42,797 bases of DNA from assembly GCA_039586365.1 (NCBI GenBank), contig JBDHKN010000038.1:1-42797 (forward strand), in the 5' to 3' direction. Below the pieces are notes generated by a model. It had not been told where the DNA came from. It saw nothing but the letters and a program-made list of their open reading frames with translations, and searched no databases. A program made the position numbers and the translations under genes. Positions 1 through 10,113 of this stretch are shown here, piece after piece. Source of the stretch: Gemmatimonadota bacterium. Lineage in GTDB: Bacteria; Gemmatimonadota; Gemmatimonadetes; Gemmatimonadales; GWC2-71-9. How positions within the stretch are numbered: the first letter of the stretch is position 1; the number at the start of each line of letters is the position of its first letter.

Positions 1-420
1 GCCGCAACGTTCTGCGGCCTGAGGGCGTCCAACGAAATGAGGGGGAGGACGGACGGAACCGCCCAGTTTCTCCTGTTGCTGGCCCAATGGTTCCCAACCG
101 TTTTCCCCCTTGTTCAGGCCGGACAACGAAGGTAGGCTATCGGACAGTAAAACGTCGACCTAGAAGGAGTGGTGCGCCGTGCCGATGGTCACTCTGACGG
201 CCCCACCGAAGAGCATGGGATCGCTTCTCCTGCTCATGGAGCACATTCTCGCGATCCCGATCAGCGATCCGGCTCCGCCGCACCATGGATCGCGGCGATC
301 CAGCTAACGTCACCGCAGGAACCGGGGGTCCGCCCGCTCCTCTTGTCACTCTCCGCCGGTGACCACACTATGTGCGGGTCTCGAAGCATCTGGCCATAAG
401 CGCTGCAATGGGAGGAATCC

Positions 421-1695
421 ATGAGTGAGCCAGTTGGATCGAAGCGAGTCGTGCTGGCGTACAGTGGCGGCCTGGATACGTCGGTGATTCTCAGATGGCT
501 CATCGAGCAGGGGTACCAGGTGATCTGTTTCGTGGGCGACGTGGGGCAGCGGGACGATTTCGCAGCAGTCAGGTCGATTGCGCTCGAGGTGGGGGCGAGC
601 CGGGTCTACGTGGAGGACCTCAAGCGTAGGTTCGTCACGGACTATGTGTTCCCTGCCATCCAGGCCAACGCGATCTACGAGGGCCGCTACCTACTGGGGA
701 CCTCTTTGGCGCGGCCGCTGCTCGCCCAGGCCCAAATCGAAATCGCCCTCAAGGAGGGAGCCCGCTGGGTCGCCCACGGGGCGACAGGGAAGGGCAATGA
801 TCAGGTTCGCTTCGAGCTCTCCTACTACGCCCTCGACCCGGAGATTCAGGTCATCTCACCGTGGAAAGACCCGGCGTTCCTGACCAAGTTCAAGGGGCGC
901 GGCGACCTACTGGCCTATGCTCACGAGCAGGGGATTCCCGTCAAGGCGAGCTCAGAGCGGCCCTTCTCGGAAGACGCCAACCTGATGCACATTTCGCACG
1001 AGGCGGGCATCCTGGAAGATCCGAGCTTCTCCTGCCCCGAAGACGTCTACAGCTACACTGTGTCACCCAAGGATGCCCCCGACCAAGAGACGATCTTGGA
1101 GATCCATTTCCGAGACGGCATCCCCTCCAGAGCGCGTAACATCACCGACCCCGCCAACGTGGTGGAAAAGAGCGATCCCCTCGAGCTGTTCACATACCTG
1201 TGCGAGTTGGGTACCGCCAACGCAATCGGTCGCGTCGACATGGTGGAGAACAGGTTCGTGGGGATCAAGTCGCGGGGTGTCTACGAGACCCCGGGTGGAA
1301 CCATCCTGCGGGCAGCCCATATGGACCTGGAGGCTATCGCGATGGACCGCGAGGTGATGCGGCTCCGGGACATGCTGAGTCCAAAGGTGGCGGAGCTGAT
1401 GTACAACGGCTTCTGGTTCAGTCCCGAAATGGATTTCTTGATGGCGGCTGTGGCGAAGAGTCAGGAGTTCATCGACGGAGCGGTGACGTTGTCTCTGTAT
1501 AAGGGCAACGTGACGATCCTGTCCCGCACCAGCCCCACCTCGCTGTACAACCAGGAGTTGTCCAGCATGGACATCGAAGGCGGCTTCGACCAGCAGGACT
1601 CATTCGGATTTATCAGGGTCAACGCGATCCGCCTCAAGGCCCACGCCGCGATCGTGAACCAGCGCATGCGTGCTGAGACGCTGCACGAGCGTTAG
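421..1695 (+). CDS. argG: Argininosuccinate synthase
   Basis: [26 protein letters not shown] and [18 protein letters not shown] motifs; GGAGG RBS just upstream. Confidence 0.97.
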   Translation: MSEPVGSKRVVLAYSGGLDTSVILRWLIEQGYQVICFVGDVGQRDDFAAVRSIALEVGASRVYVEDLKRRFVTDYVFPAIQANAIYEGRYLLGTSLARPLLAQAQIEIALKEGARWVAHGATGKGNDQVRFELSYYALDPEIQVISPWKDPAFLTKFKGRGDLLAYAHEQGIPVKASSERPFSEDANLMHISHEAGILEDPSFSCPEDVYSYTVSPKDAPDQETILEIHFRDGIPSRARNITDPANVVEKSDPLELFTYLCELGTANAIGRVDMVENRFVGIKSRGVYETPGGTILRAAHMDLEAIAMDREVMRLRDMLSPKVAELMYNGFWFSPEMDFLMAAVAKSQEFIDGAVTLSLYKGNVTILSRTSPTSLYNQELSSMDIEGGFDQQDSFGFIRVNAIRLKAHAAIVNQRMRAETLHER

Positions 1696-1900
1696 GCCTA
1701 GTCCTTTGTGCAGAGGAGCTAATGGCGTAGAGTGAGTTGCGCGTTATTCAAGGACGTTCGGCCGAGCGCGCCCTAGTTGGGGCGCGGCCCGTGAGCCCCC
1801 AACCCCAGGCGGTAGCCTGTGGTCCCACGCGGCAGCCTGGGGCAGCGCAAACCAGGCAAACTGCGCGGCCTCATCTCGTAGTGCATCCCGGCCAACTGCC

Positions 1901-4402
1901 CTACTCGTACCGCAACGCCCGCATCGGATCGACCCTCGATGCTCTGAGGGCGGGCAAGTAGCCGGCAGCCAGGGACACACCGGTGAGCAGGACACCGACG
2001 GTAGCGACGACCAGTGGGTCGTTGCCCTCGAGCCCGAACAGAATCGACTTGGCCGCGCGGCCGAGCAGCAATCCCGCTACGATACCGAGTGCACCGCCGA
2101 TGATGGTCATCTTGCCCACTTGCCACAGCACCATTCTGCGCACGCGTTGGCTGTCGGCGCCGAGCGCCATGCGGAGTCCGATCTCCCGGGTCCGCTGCGC
2201 CACGGTGTAGGCGAGCACGCCATAGAGTCCGATCGCTGCCAGTACCGTTGCCAGCACCGCGAATGCCGCAGATAACGTGCTGATGAGTCGGTCGAGCACG
2301 ATGTTCTCACTCACCTGCTGTTCGAGCGTCTTCAGCTCCTCCACCGGTAGATTCCCGTCGAGCCGTTTGACCACTTCGGGGATTGCCCGGATTACCGAGC
2401 TGGGCTGGACTGATGTCCGCAGGTAGAACGTGATGTTGCCGATGTTCTCGCGTTGGCGGTAGGGTGTGAAGAACAGCGGTTGTGTCTCCTGTTTCACGTC
2501 GCTGTACTTGGTTTCCCCGATCAGGCCCACGATCTGCATGTCGAGGTCGGTGGTCCGACTGGTAGTGGACATCCACTTGCCAACGGCGTCGCGGACGTTG
2601 AGGCCGAACTTGCGCGTGAAGGCTTCGTTCACGACGGCGACCTTCGGTGCGCCTAGGGCGTCGGATGGCGAGAATTCGCGGCCGGCTAGCAGCGGGATGC
2701 CGAGCGTGTTGAAATAGCCTGCACCGAGCACGTTGAAGCGCGCGTTGGAATCGATGTCGGGGCCCGACTCGAATCCCTCCACCGACACGTCCGTACCCCA
2801 GTTGCTCCCGCTCAGGATCGGGATCATCGCTGCGGAAACGCCGGTCACGCCGGGGATCGCTGCGAGTTCCTCTTCCATCCGCCCGAAGAGATTCCTCGTG
2901 TCCTCGGTCTCGTAGCCGTTCAACACCGGAGACACGCCGAATGTGACGACGTTCTCTGTATTGATGCCGAGGTCGATGCGGCTCACGTTGCTGAGGCTCT
3001 TGATGAAGAAACCCGCGGCGACGAGCAGAGCCATCGAGAGAGCGATTTGGGCGGTGACGAGTGAGCTGCGAAACCGAGCGGCCGCGCGTGCCCCCGAGGG
3101 CTGACCCGAGCCGGCCCGGACCAGGGTCATGAGATCGGGACGGGTGCTGTGCAGCGCCGGATACATGCCGAACAGGAAGCCGGTCGCGATGGCTACCGCC
3201 CCAGCAAACAGCACCACCGATGGACGCAGGTCGAGCGCCAGCATCTCTGAGGCTTCAGCGGGGAGGATCGACGCGATGATCTGGAGCGTCCAGCGGGCGA
3301 CCAGGAGACTCGTGACACCCCCGAGCACGGCAAGCACGAGTGAATCTATGAGGAGCTGTGACACGAGCCGGTGCCTGCTGGCGCCGAGCGATCCCCGAAT
3401 CGCCATCTCCTGACTGCGGTTGGCACCTTGTGCTAACAGCAGGTTGGCAATGTTGGCGCACGCTATGAGGAGAACGACTGCGGTGATTGCGAACAGCAGT
3501 ATGAGAGGTGTGCTGACTTCGCTGTGCAGCGAACTCTGGCCGCGCCTCCCAGCTTCCAGGGTTATCTCCTTGGCGCGGAACCGCTCCATCGTCGGTTCGC
3601 TCATTCCACTCTGGAGCGGAGCCTCGACGTCATTGACGATGCCCCGATAGACCGTGTTGATCGCTGCCCCGGCCTGCTCGATGGACATGCCCGGCTGCAA
3701 GCGGCCGAACAGGTACACCCAATAGTTGCGCCGGTTCTCGAAGCCGTCGAAACCACGGTGCATCTGACCCCGCATCGAGATGGGTACGTACACGTCGGGC
3801 CGGCCCCCCAATGTCGTGCCCTCGAAGCCGCGAGCGGCGACACCGACGATGGTCATGGTGTGACCGTTTACGATGAGCGTCTGATTCAACACTGCTGGAT
3901 CGGCGCCGAGTCGGTTTGCCCAGTAGTGGTAGTTGAGCACCGCCACGAAGTGCTCACCGATTATCTGGTCGTCGGCGGGGCCAAGTAGTCGCCCCAGTGC
4001 CGGACGGACACCGAGCAGCGGGAAGTAAGAACCGGACACGAGCATGCCCTGACCGTTCACGGTCTGGGTGGCGTGGGCCAGGTTGGTGCCAAACAACCGG
4101 TGAGCCGCGATACCCGAGAAGCCGGTCTCTGCCTGCTCCAGGTCGCGGAACATCGGGTAGCTGAACACCTCATCACAGTCACCGGCCTGATTACATGACT
4201 GCGAGCCCGGTTTCGGTCCCGGAGCGCTCAGGTTGACCAGCCGCTCTGGTTCCTGGACCGGCAGGGCTCGGATCAGCATCTGGTCAAACAGCGAGTAGAT
4301 CGCAGCATTGGCGCCAATGCCGAGGGCCAACGAGAGAACCGCTACCGCCGCGACGAACGGCGACTTGGCGAGCGTTCGGACTGCGAGTTTCAGGCTGATC
4401 AT
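1901..4402 (-). CDS. ADOP-type duplicated ABC permease (MacB_PCD/FtsX x2)
   Basis: SLALGIGANAAIYS, LLIACANIANLLL, QRTREIGLRMALGA, and C-terminal RASRVDPMRALRYE; no ATPase gene adjacent. Confidence 0.92.
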   Translation of the reverse strand: MISLKLAVRTLAKSPFVAAVAVLSLALGIGANAAIYSLFDQMLIRALPVQEPERLVNLSAPGPKPGSQSCNQAGDCDEVFSYPMFRDLEQAETGFSGIAAHRLFGTNLAHATQTVNGQGMLVSGSYFPLLGVRPALGRLLGPADDQIIGEHFVAVLNYHYWANRLGADPAVLNQTLIVNGHTMTIVGVAARGFEGTTLGGRPDVYVPISMRGQMHRGFDGFENRRNYWVYLFGRLQPGMSIEQAGAAINTVYRGIVNDVEAPLQSGMSEPTMERFRAKEITLEAGRRGQSSLHSEVSTPLILLFAITAVVLLIACANIANLLLAQGANRSQEMAIRGSLGASRHRLVSQLLIDSLVLAVLGGVTSLLVARWTLQIIASILPAEASEMLALDLRPSVVLFAGAVAIATGFLFGMYPALHSTRPDLMTLVRAGSGQPSGARAAARFRSSLVTAQIALSMALLVAAGFFIKSLSNVSRIDLGINTENVVTFGVSPVLNGYETEDTRNLFGRMEEELAAIPGVTGVSAAMIPILSGSNWGTDVSVEGFESGPDIDSNARFNVLGAGYFNTLGIPLLAGREFSPSDALGAPKVAVVNEAFTRKFGLNVRDAVGKWMSTTSRTTDLDMQIVGLIGETKYSDVKQETQPLFFTPYRQRENIGNITFYLRTSVQPSSVIRAIPEVVKRLDGNLPVEELKTLEQQVSENIVLDRLISTLSAAFAVLATVLAAIGLYGVLAYTVAQRTREIGLRMALGADSQRVRRMVLWQVGKMTIIGGALGIVAGLLLGRAAKSILFGLEGNDPLVVATVGVLLTGVSLAAGYLPALRASRVDPMRALRYE

Positions 4403-4500
4403 CCGTGTTGTCCTAGGAGTAACGGTGGCTTACGGGCTCTGCCGGGTTTACGGTCGTCGTGTGGCTGCCCTAGTTTTCGGGAGTTCGGGTCTATCAGGTT

Positions 4501-4529
4501 TAGACGTCACAAAGGTGATCGGGGTTTCA
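4501..4529 (-). promoter_or_regulatory. Putative ECF-sigma promoter TGAAAC-N17-CGTCTA
   Basis: Read on the minus strand about 100 nt upstream of the permease; the same pattern precedes the other two ADOP loci. Confidence 0.6.
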
Positions 4530-4658
4530 ATTTGACTAGGCCGTGCGGTAGCCCGACCTTGATACGGGCAGGCCGCTCTGGCATCGCAGATCTCGCGGCG
4601 AATTCGATGAACAATATGTTGTACGTTTCGACATTGTCAGAGGATCAGATTGAGCCAT

Positions 4659-5147
4659 ATGCCAGGAGAACTTGCCGACCAGGTGCTGGCTACCTGGCGG
4701 CGCCACAACGAGATCCTGCTGTATCTACTCGACGCCATACCGTCGCAAGGTCTCAGCGCAGTGCCGACCGGATCGCGGGGCAGGGATGTCGCGCGGCAGT
4801 TTTCCCATCTCGCCAGAGCCAGGATCGGATGGGTGCACTATCACTTGACGGGCCGCAAACCGAAGCTGCCTCGTCTTGAAAAGGGCAAGCGACCCACCAA
4901 GGCTCAGCTCAAGAAACTGCTGCGCGAGTCGGGTGCTGGTGTGGACAAGTTCCTGCAGCAGGGATTGCGCGGGGAGGTGCGACCGAGGTTGTTCGGGAAA
5001 CAGGTAGTCCGCTGGATGGGCTATCTGGCAGCTCACGAATCACATCACCGCGGTCAGATTCTGGTGGCTTTGAAGCAGGCAGGAATGCGCCTTCCCGACG
5101 AGGTCTCGGTCCAGGGTGTGTGGGGCAAATGGATCTACGGCCGGTGA
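4659..5147 (+). CDS. DinB/YfiT family protein
   Basis: QFSHL and HESHHRGQI metal-binding His pattern; about 160 aa; alternative TTG start at 4650. Confidence 0.85.
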   Translation: MPGELADQVLATWRRHNEILLYLLDAIPSQGLSAVPTGSRGRDVARQFSHLARARIGWVHYHLTGRKPKLPRLEKGKRPTKAQLKKLLRESGAGVDKFLQQGLRGEVRPRLFGKQVVRWMGYLAAHESHHRGQILVALKQAGMRLPDEVSVQGVWGKWIYGR

Positions 5148-5456
5148 GCCGCCGGCCCGGTGCGCCTCGGCTCATTCCCTCCTGAGCGCAACCATCGGAT
5201 CAATCTGCGTCGCGCGGCGAGCCGGCAGGAAGCCAGCAGCTCGTGGTGCGGTACGGATTCAGGAAACTCGGGCTCCATCCATCGAGGCCAATGTACGCCA
5301 GGCAATGCACGTTCCATCGGATTGCTCGAGCGCTGTGGTTTCCGGCGGGAAGGTCTCTCTCCCAAGTAACTGAGGATCGCCGGTCGGTGGCGGGACCACG
5401 AGCGGTGGGCTCTGCTTGCGGAGGATTGGCGCAGGCAAACCGTTGCGGGACGATAA
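5144..5456 (+). pseudogene. Degraded RimJ/RimL-type GNAT N-acetyltransferase
   Basis: Pieces in three frames: VVRYGFRKLGLH / IEANV / [43 protein letters not shown]; two frameshifts, in-frame TAA at 5367-5369, central region missing. Confidence 0.85.
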
Positions 5457-5544
5457 AGCGCACTGCCTTCTCCAGCGGAGAGGATCGCTGGAGGTCGCGC
5501 GATCGACTATCACAGGGCACATGACTCCGGAACGACAGGGCAAC

Positions 5545-5967
5545 ATGTCAGCAGCGACACTTCGAATCCTGATTGTAGTAGTGCTCCTAGCACACGGTGT
5601 TGGACACGTGCTCGGTATCCTACCCGCATTCGGCCGGAGGCTCAGCGGGACACACTCAGCGGAATCTTGGTTGTTGACCGGTGTCATGGGAGATACCCTG
5701 GCGAGTGGGGCTGGCATAGTGCTCTGGTCCGCCGGACTGGTATGGTTCGTGGCGGCGGCCATGGGGCTTGCAGGCTGGTTGCTGCCGTACCAGTGGTGGG
5801 AACGGTTCGCGGTCACGGGAGCACTGGTTTCCCTGCTCACGCTGTTCCTGTATTGGAACGGGTTGCCGTTTCTTGTCCCGAACAAGGTCGGTGCGATTGT
5901 GGTGAATGTCACCGTTCTCTCGAGCTTGCTGTGGCTGCGTTGGCCGGCAGGGGTGCTGAGCGGCTGA
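5545..5967 (+). CDS. Hypothetical membrane protein (about 4 TM helices, HGxGH motif)
   Basis: Hydrophobic segments and LLAHGVGHVLG; start could instead be 5521. Confidence 0.7.
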   Translation: MSAATLRILIVVVLLAHGVGHVLGILPAFGRRLSGTHSAESWLLTGVMGDTLASGAGIVLWSAGLVWFVAAAMGLAGWLLPYQWWERFAVTGALVSLLTLFLYWNGLPFLVPNKVGAIVVNVTVLSSLLWLRWPAGVLSG

Positions 5968-5977
5968 GGTACTTCGT

Positions 5978-6457
5978 TTGAGGGCGGCAATAAGGCGGCG
6001 CTATGCCGACTGGGTATCGGATTATCGGGCATACGCCAAGTTCCGCGGGTTCGTGACTCGCATCAACGATTGGCCTTATGTGCGCCGCAGCTTCCTGGAA
6101 TGCTGGGCAGCGGCGGGGTTTCATCGCTTCTGGCAGATGTGGAATCCGGGTATCAGCTACTTCGTGTACGGCTGGTACCGTCGGCTGGGAGGAAACCGCT
6201 CCCGCACGACAGCCACAGTTGCGGCGTTCCTGCTGAGCGGTTTCGTGCACAACGTGGTTGCGCTGCCGATTGTCTGGCGCTGGAGCTGGACGTTGCCAAT
6301 CACGTTCCTTTGTTTTGGGTTGCTGACGGTGGCCAGCAGGTACCTCAGTCCGTTGCTGCGGCAGGATCGGTGGCCCTGGCCGCTGAACGTGGCTGTCAAC
6401 GTGGGCTTGGTCTTGCTGTGTTTCGATGTCGGTTTTCGTGTCGATCGACTGATTTGA
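5978..6457 (+). CDS. Short MBOAT-like membrane acyltransferase
   Basis: FHRFWQMWNPGISY and AFLLSGFVHN match the MBOAT FWxxWN and catalytic His segments. Confidence 0.7.
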   Translation: MRAAIRRRYADWVSDYRAYAKFRGFVTRINDWPYVRRSFLECWAAAGFHRFWQMWNPGISYFVYGWYRRLGGNRSRTTATVAAFLLSGFVHNVVALPIVWRWSWTLPITFLCFGLLTVASRYLSPLLRQDRWPWPLNVAVNVGLVLLCFDVGFRVDRLI

Positions 6458-6571
6458 ACCTCGGGGTGGTCTTGGAGGCCCTTGAAACCCGCCATGAGAT
6501 GGAACAGCCGTGGGCCCTCGGTGAAGGTAAGGAGGCGCGGCATCTGCTTCGGCCTTAATTGAGGTATCTCG

Positions 6572-9500
6572 ATGTACGATAATCTTGACTCGGACGCGGT
6601 CTCGCAACCCGAACGGTCCGCACCCTGCGCACCGGGCTGCTGCGACCAGACCATGGACCGCCGAACATTTGTGCGGCTCGCCGGAGCGGGCGCAGTGGCG
6701 GTTTCAGGCATCAGTTCCCTGACCACCTGTGCTGGTCCGTTCGGCCGGCGCGACACATTCGATCATTTCATCCCCGTGGACAAGAAGCTGAGTGCGGAGT
6801 GGGTGAGCAGTCTGTTCGAGCAAGGCGAGCCGATCTGGTTCCAGGGTGCCGAACTGGCGGCCGTCGGCATGCCGGTGGGCGGCATTTGCACGGGACAGGT
6901 CTATCTGACCGGCGACGGCCGGCTCTGCTTCAGCGACATCTTCAATCAGTACGCCAACTCCGGCTATGGGAGCGTGAACTACCGGGAGGGACGTACGGCG
7001 GTCGAGATGGTGATCAACACGGGGGAGACGGTCCCTGCGCCGGCTATCGATCAGGGGTTCGCACTCAAGGTCGAAACGAGTGGTGGAACCATGGTGCGGA
7101 GACTCGATGCTGAGGGGTTTCCGGGGGCACGCTTCTGCGGGGAATACCCGATCGGCTTGGTGGAATTCATTGACCCGGACTTGCCGGTGGAAGTGAGGCT
7201 TGAGGCTTTCTCACCCTTCATTCCCCTGAACGCGGCCGACTCCGCACTTCCCGCGACGTTGCTCACTTATTCGCTCAGGAACAATTCAGCCGGTTGGATG
7301 AGGGTCACCCTGGCCGGCTGGCTGGAGAACGCGGTGGGCTACCACACGGCCCGGGAGGCAGGAGTCAACGCGCTGCGACACAACCGGGAGATTCGGGACC
7401 ACGGCATGACCGCGGTGCAGGCGAGCGCACGACTCGAGGAGCAACTGCGCCCGGATTATCGCGGTCCAGTCGTATTCGCCGATTTCGAAGGGGCCGGGTA
7501 CGGAGACTGGCAGGTGGAAGGCGATACATTCGGTGCGGCGCCGGCCGCAGGGACGCTGCCCGATCAGCAGATCGTGAGCGGGTTTCAGGGGAGAGGTTTG
7601 GTCAACACATTCCTCGAGGGTGACGCAACCACCGGTAGACTCACTTCCGCCGAATTCACCATTGAGCGACCCTGGATCGGTTTTCTGATCGGAGGGGGTG
7701 CTCACGCTGATGGTACCTGCATCAACCTCGTAGTCGACGGATCTGTAGTCCGTACCGCGACAGGTAACAACAGCGAGCGGCTCGAGCCACACAACTGGAA
7801 TGTCGCGGAACTTAGCGGTCGCAGAGCACACATCGAGATCGTCGATGCCGTGAGCGGTGGCTGGGGCCATGTCAACGTCGATCAGATCGAGTTCCGTGAC
7901 GATCCGATGCGGCGCGATCTCGGCGATCTCGCACTCAGGCCCGACCTCGGCACGATGGCCCTGGCTATCCTGGGTGACGCTAGGTGGCACGCGAGAACTG
8001 CACTTCCCGCGGGCGAGCTTCCCGGGGCTCTCTTCGCACCGGAAGGGTTGCAGGCGGTAGAAGCGCGTGGTGCGGCGGCGGGGGAACCGCTCCGCGGCGC
8101 GGTGGGCCGTACCTTCCATCTCGCCCCCGGGCAAACGGTGGAAACCACGTTTGCGGTCAGTTGGCACATGCCCAACCTGTACTTCCGTGATTCCCGCGTG
8201 GGAAACCACTACGGGGGTCGGTTCCGCGACGCGGCGAGTGTGCTCCGATACATCGCGAACAATCGGGATCGCCTCACGCAGGATACGCGGCTCTGGCGCG
8301 ATACCTGGTACGACTCAACGCTTCCCCGGTGGCTCCTGTTCCGGATTCACTCCACAGTCTCGAATCTCGCCACTAACACCTGTCAGTGGTGGCAGAACGG
8401 ACGGTTCTGGGCATACGAGGGATGCGGTTGTTGCCACGGTACCTGCGGGCACGTGTGGGACTACGCGCACGCCTTGGCGCGGCTGTTCCCGGAACTGGAA
8501 CGCTCCGTGCGCGAGATGCAGGACTTCGCACCCGGAGTGGGTTTCATCCCCGCAACAGGGGAGATCAGGTTCCGCGGAGAGGGTTGGAGTATCTGGGCAG
8601 GTGACGCGCAAGGCGGCTACGTCCTCAAGGCCTGGCGCGAACACCTCTGCTCTGCAAATGATGGGTTCCTGCGTCGCAACTGGCCCCACATCAAGCAGGC
8701 GTTGGAATTCCTCATCCAACGGGATGGCGATGCCGATGGCCTCATCGAAGGCAAGCAGCACCAGACCTACGACGAGGACTACTACGGTGCCAACACCATG
8801 GTCGGTTCGCTCTATCTCGGCGCCCTGCGCGCAGGCGAGGAAATGGCCCAGGAGATGGGTGATTCCGAGTTTGCCCACATGTGTCGCAGGATCTTCGAGT
8901 TGGGCAGTCGCAACTCGGTGGAGCGTCTCTTCAACGGCGAGTACTTCATTCAGGACGTTGATCTCGAGCAGCACCCAGAATGGCAGTACGGGAGCGGCTG
9001 CCTAGCGGACCAGATGTTCGGTCAGGGTTGGGCACACCAGGTTGGGTTGGGATACCTCTATCCGCCTGATGTCGTGCACCAGACGTTGGATTCGATCTGG
9101 AAGTACTGCTGGGCCCCGGACGTCGCACTCCAGAACCAGCATCACGAGCCGGAACGGTGGTTTGCCTACCCGGGTGAGGCGGGCCTGTTCACCTGTACTT
9201 GGCCCAAGAGCCAGCACATGGGCCCGACGTCGACGCGTTACCGCAACGAGATCTGGACCGGTATCGAGTACCAGGTGGCCAACCACATGGCAAGCGAAGG
9301 AATGCTAACCGAGGCGCTTGCCATCTGCCGAGCGATCCACGACCGGTATCATCCCGCGAAGCGCAATCCCTTCAACGAGGTCGAATGCGGCGACCACTAC
9401 GCCCGTGCCCTGGCCAGTTGGGGGGTGTTGATAGGGCTGGCGGGATTCCAGTACCATGGACCGGTAGGCCGCATCGGTTTCGCTCCGCGCATCACGCCCG

Positions 9501-9784
9501 GTAATTTCTCATGTGCATTCACCGGCGCGGAGGGTTGGGGTTCGATTTCCCAGCTGCAGGAGGAAAACCGGCAGACCAATACGATCTCCGTCGCCTGGGG
9601 CCGGCTCAGGGTCCGAGAAATCAACCTCGCACTGCCGCCGGGGCGGCATGCTCGGCGGGTCACCCTGAACGGGTACTCTGTGCAGCGCGAGTCCGTGCAG
9701 GAGGGCGAGGCAATCTCCATCCGTCTGCCGGAGGACCTCGTGGTTACAGCCGGGGAGACCCTACGCGTGGAGATAGAGACGTAG
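6572..9784 (+). CDS. Tat-exported GH116-family glycoside hydrolase (glucosylceramidase/beta-glucosidase-like) with inserted beta-sandwich module
   Basis: DRRTFV Tat motif; GMPVGGICTG, EAFSPFIPLN, YEGCGCCHGTCGHVW, NEIWTGIEY, NPFNEVECGDHYARALASW. Confidence 0.85.
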   Translation: MYDNLDSDAVSQPERSAPCAPGCCDQTMDRRTFVRLAGAGAVAVSGISSLTTCAGPFGRRDTFDHFIPVDKKLSAEWVSSLFEQGEPIWFQGAELAAVGMPVGGICTGQVYLTGDGRLCFSDIFNQYANSGYGSVNYREGRTAVEMVINTGETVPAPAIDQGFALKVETSGGTMVRRLDAEGFPGARFCGEYPIGLVEFIDPDLPVEVRLEAFSPFIPLNAADSALPATLLTYSLRNNSAGWMRVTLAGWLENAVGYHTAREAGVNALRHNREIRDHGMTAVQASARLEEQLRPDYRGPVVFADFEGAGYGDWQVEGDTFGAAPAAGTLPDQQIVSGFQGRGLVNTFLEGDATTGRLTSAEFTIERPWIGFLIGGGAHADGTCINLVVDGSVVRTATGNNSERLEPHNWNVAELSGRRAHIEIVDAVSGGWGHVNVDQIEFRDDPMRRDLGDLALRPDLGTMALAILGDARWHARTALPAGELPGALFAPEGLQAVEARGAAAGEPLRGAVGRTFHLAPGQTVETTFAVSWHMPNLYFRDSRVGNHYGGRFRDAASVLRYIANNRDRLTQDTRLWRDTWYDSTLPRWLLFRIHSTVSNLATNTCQWWQNGRFWAYEGCGCCHGTCGHVWDYAHALARLFPELERSVREMQDFAPGVGFIPATGEIRFRGEGWSIWAGDAQGGYVLKAWREHLCSANDGFLRRNWPHIKQALEFLIQRDGDADGLIEGKQHQTYDEDYYGANTMVGSLYLGALRAGEEMAQEMGDSEFAHMCRRIFELGSRNSVERLFNGEYFIQDVDLEQHPEWQYGSGCLADQMFGQGWAHQVGLGYLYPPDVVHQTLDSIWKYCWAPDVALQNQHHEPERWFAYPGEAGLFTCTWPKSQHMGPTSTRYRNEIWTGIEYQVANHMASEGMLTEALAICRAIHDRYHPAKRNPFNEVECGDHYARALASWGVLIGLAGFQYHGPVGRIGFAPRITPGNFSCAFTGAEGWGSISQLQEENRQTNTISVAWGRLRVREINLALPPGRHARRVTLNGYSVQRESVQEGEAISIRLPEDLVVTAGETLRVEIET

Positions 9785-10113
9785 CCGCATGACCCCGCGC
9801 AGCCCGGGTTGAGTTGGTCGATCGCGCAGCAGCTCGACGGGTGACAAGCCTCTACCGCACACTGTCCGGTCTCGTCTCCTGTTCCCAAAGCTTCGAATCG
9901 CTGCCCACGCTCTTGCGCCATCCGTCCCGCCAGCGATGAATGTCGACGACGCCGATGAACGCATTGGGCAGCGAGAAGTACGAGTTGGGCAATGGACTGG
10001 ACCGTTATCGGAACTTGCCGGGCCGGTGCAGCTCAAGGAGCCCCCAACTGGTTTGGCTGACTCCAGCGGCTGACAATGTCGGCGGACACCGTCGTCCCTC
10101 GGCCGTCTGCGGT

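Noticed and set aside
137..420. Short ORFs or attenuator leader upstream of argG
   Set aside because: No recognisable family, no Arg-rich leader peptide and no terminator I can support
9785..10113. Possible gene remnant between the GH116 gene and the porin
   Set aside because: Short open frames with no start context or recognisable motif
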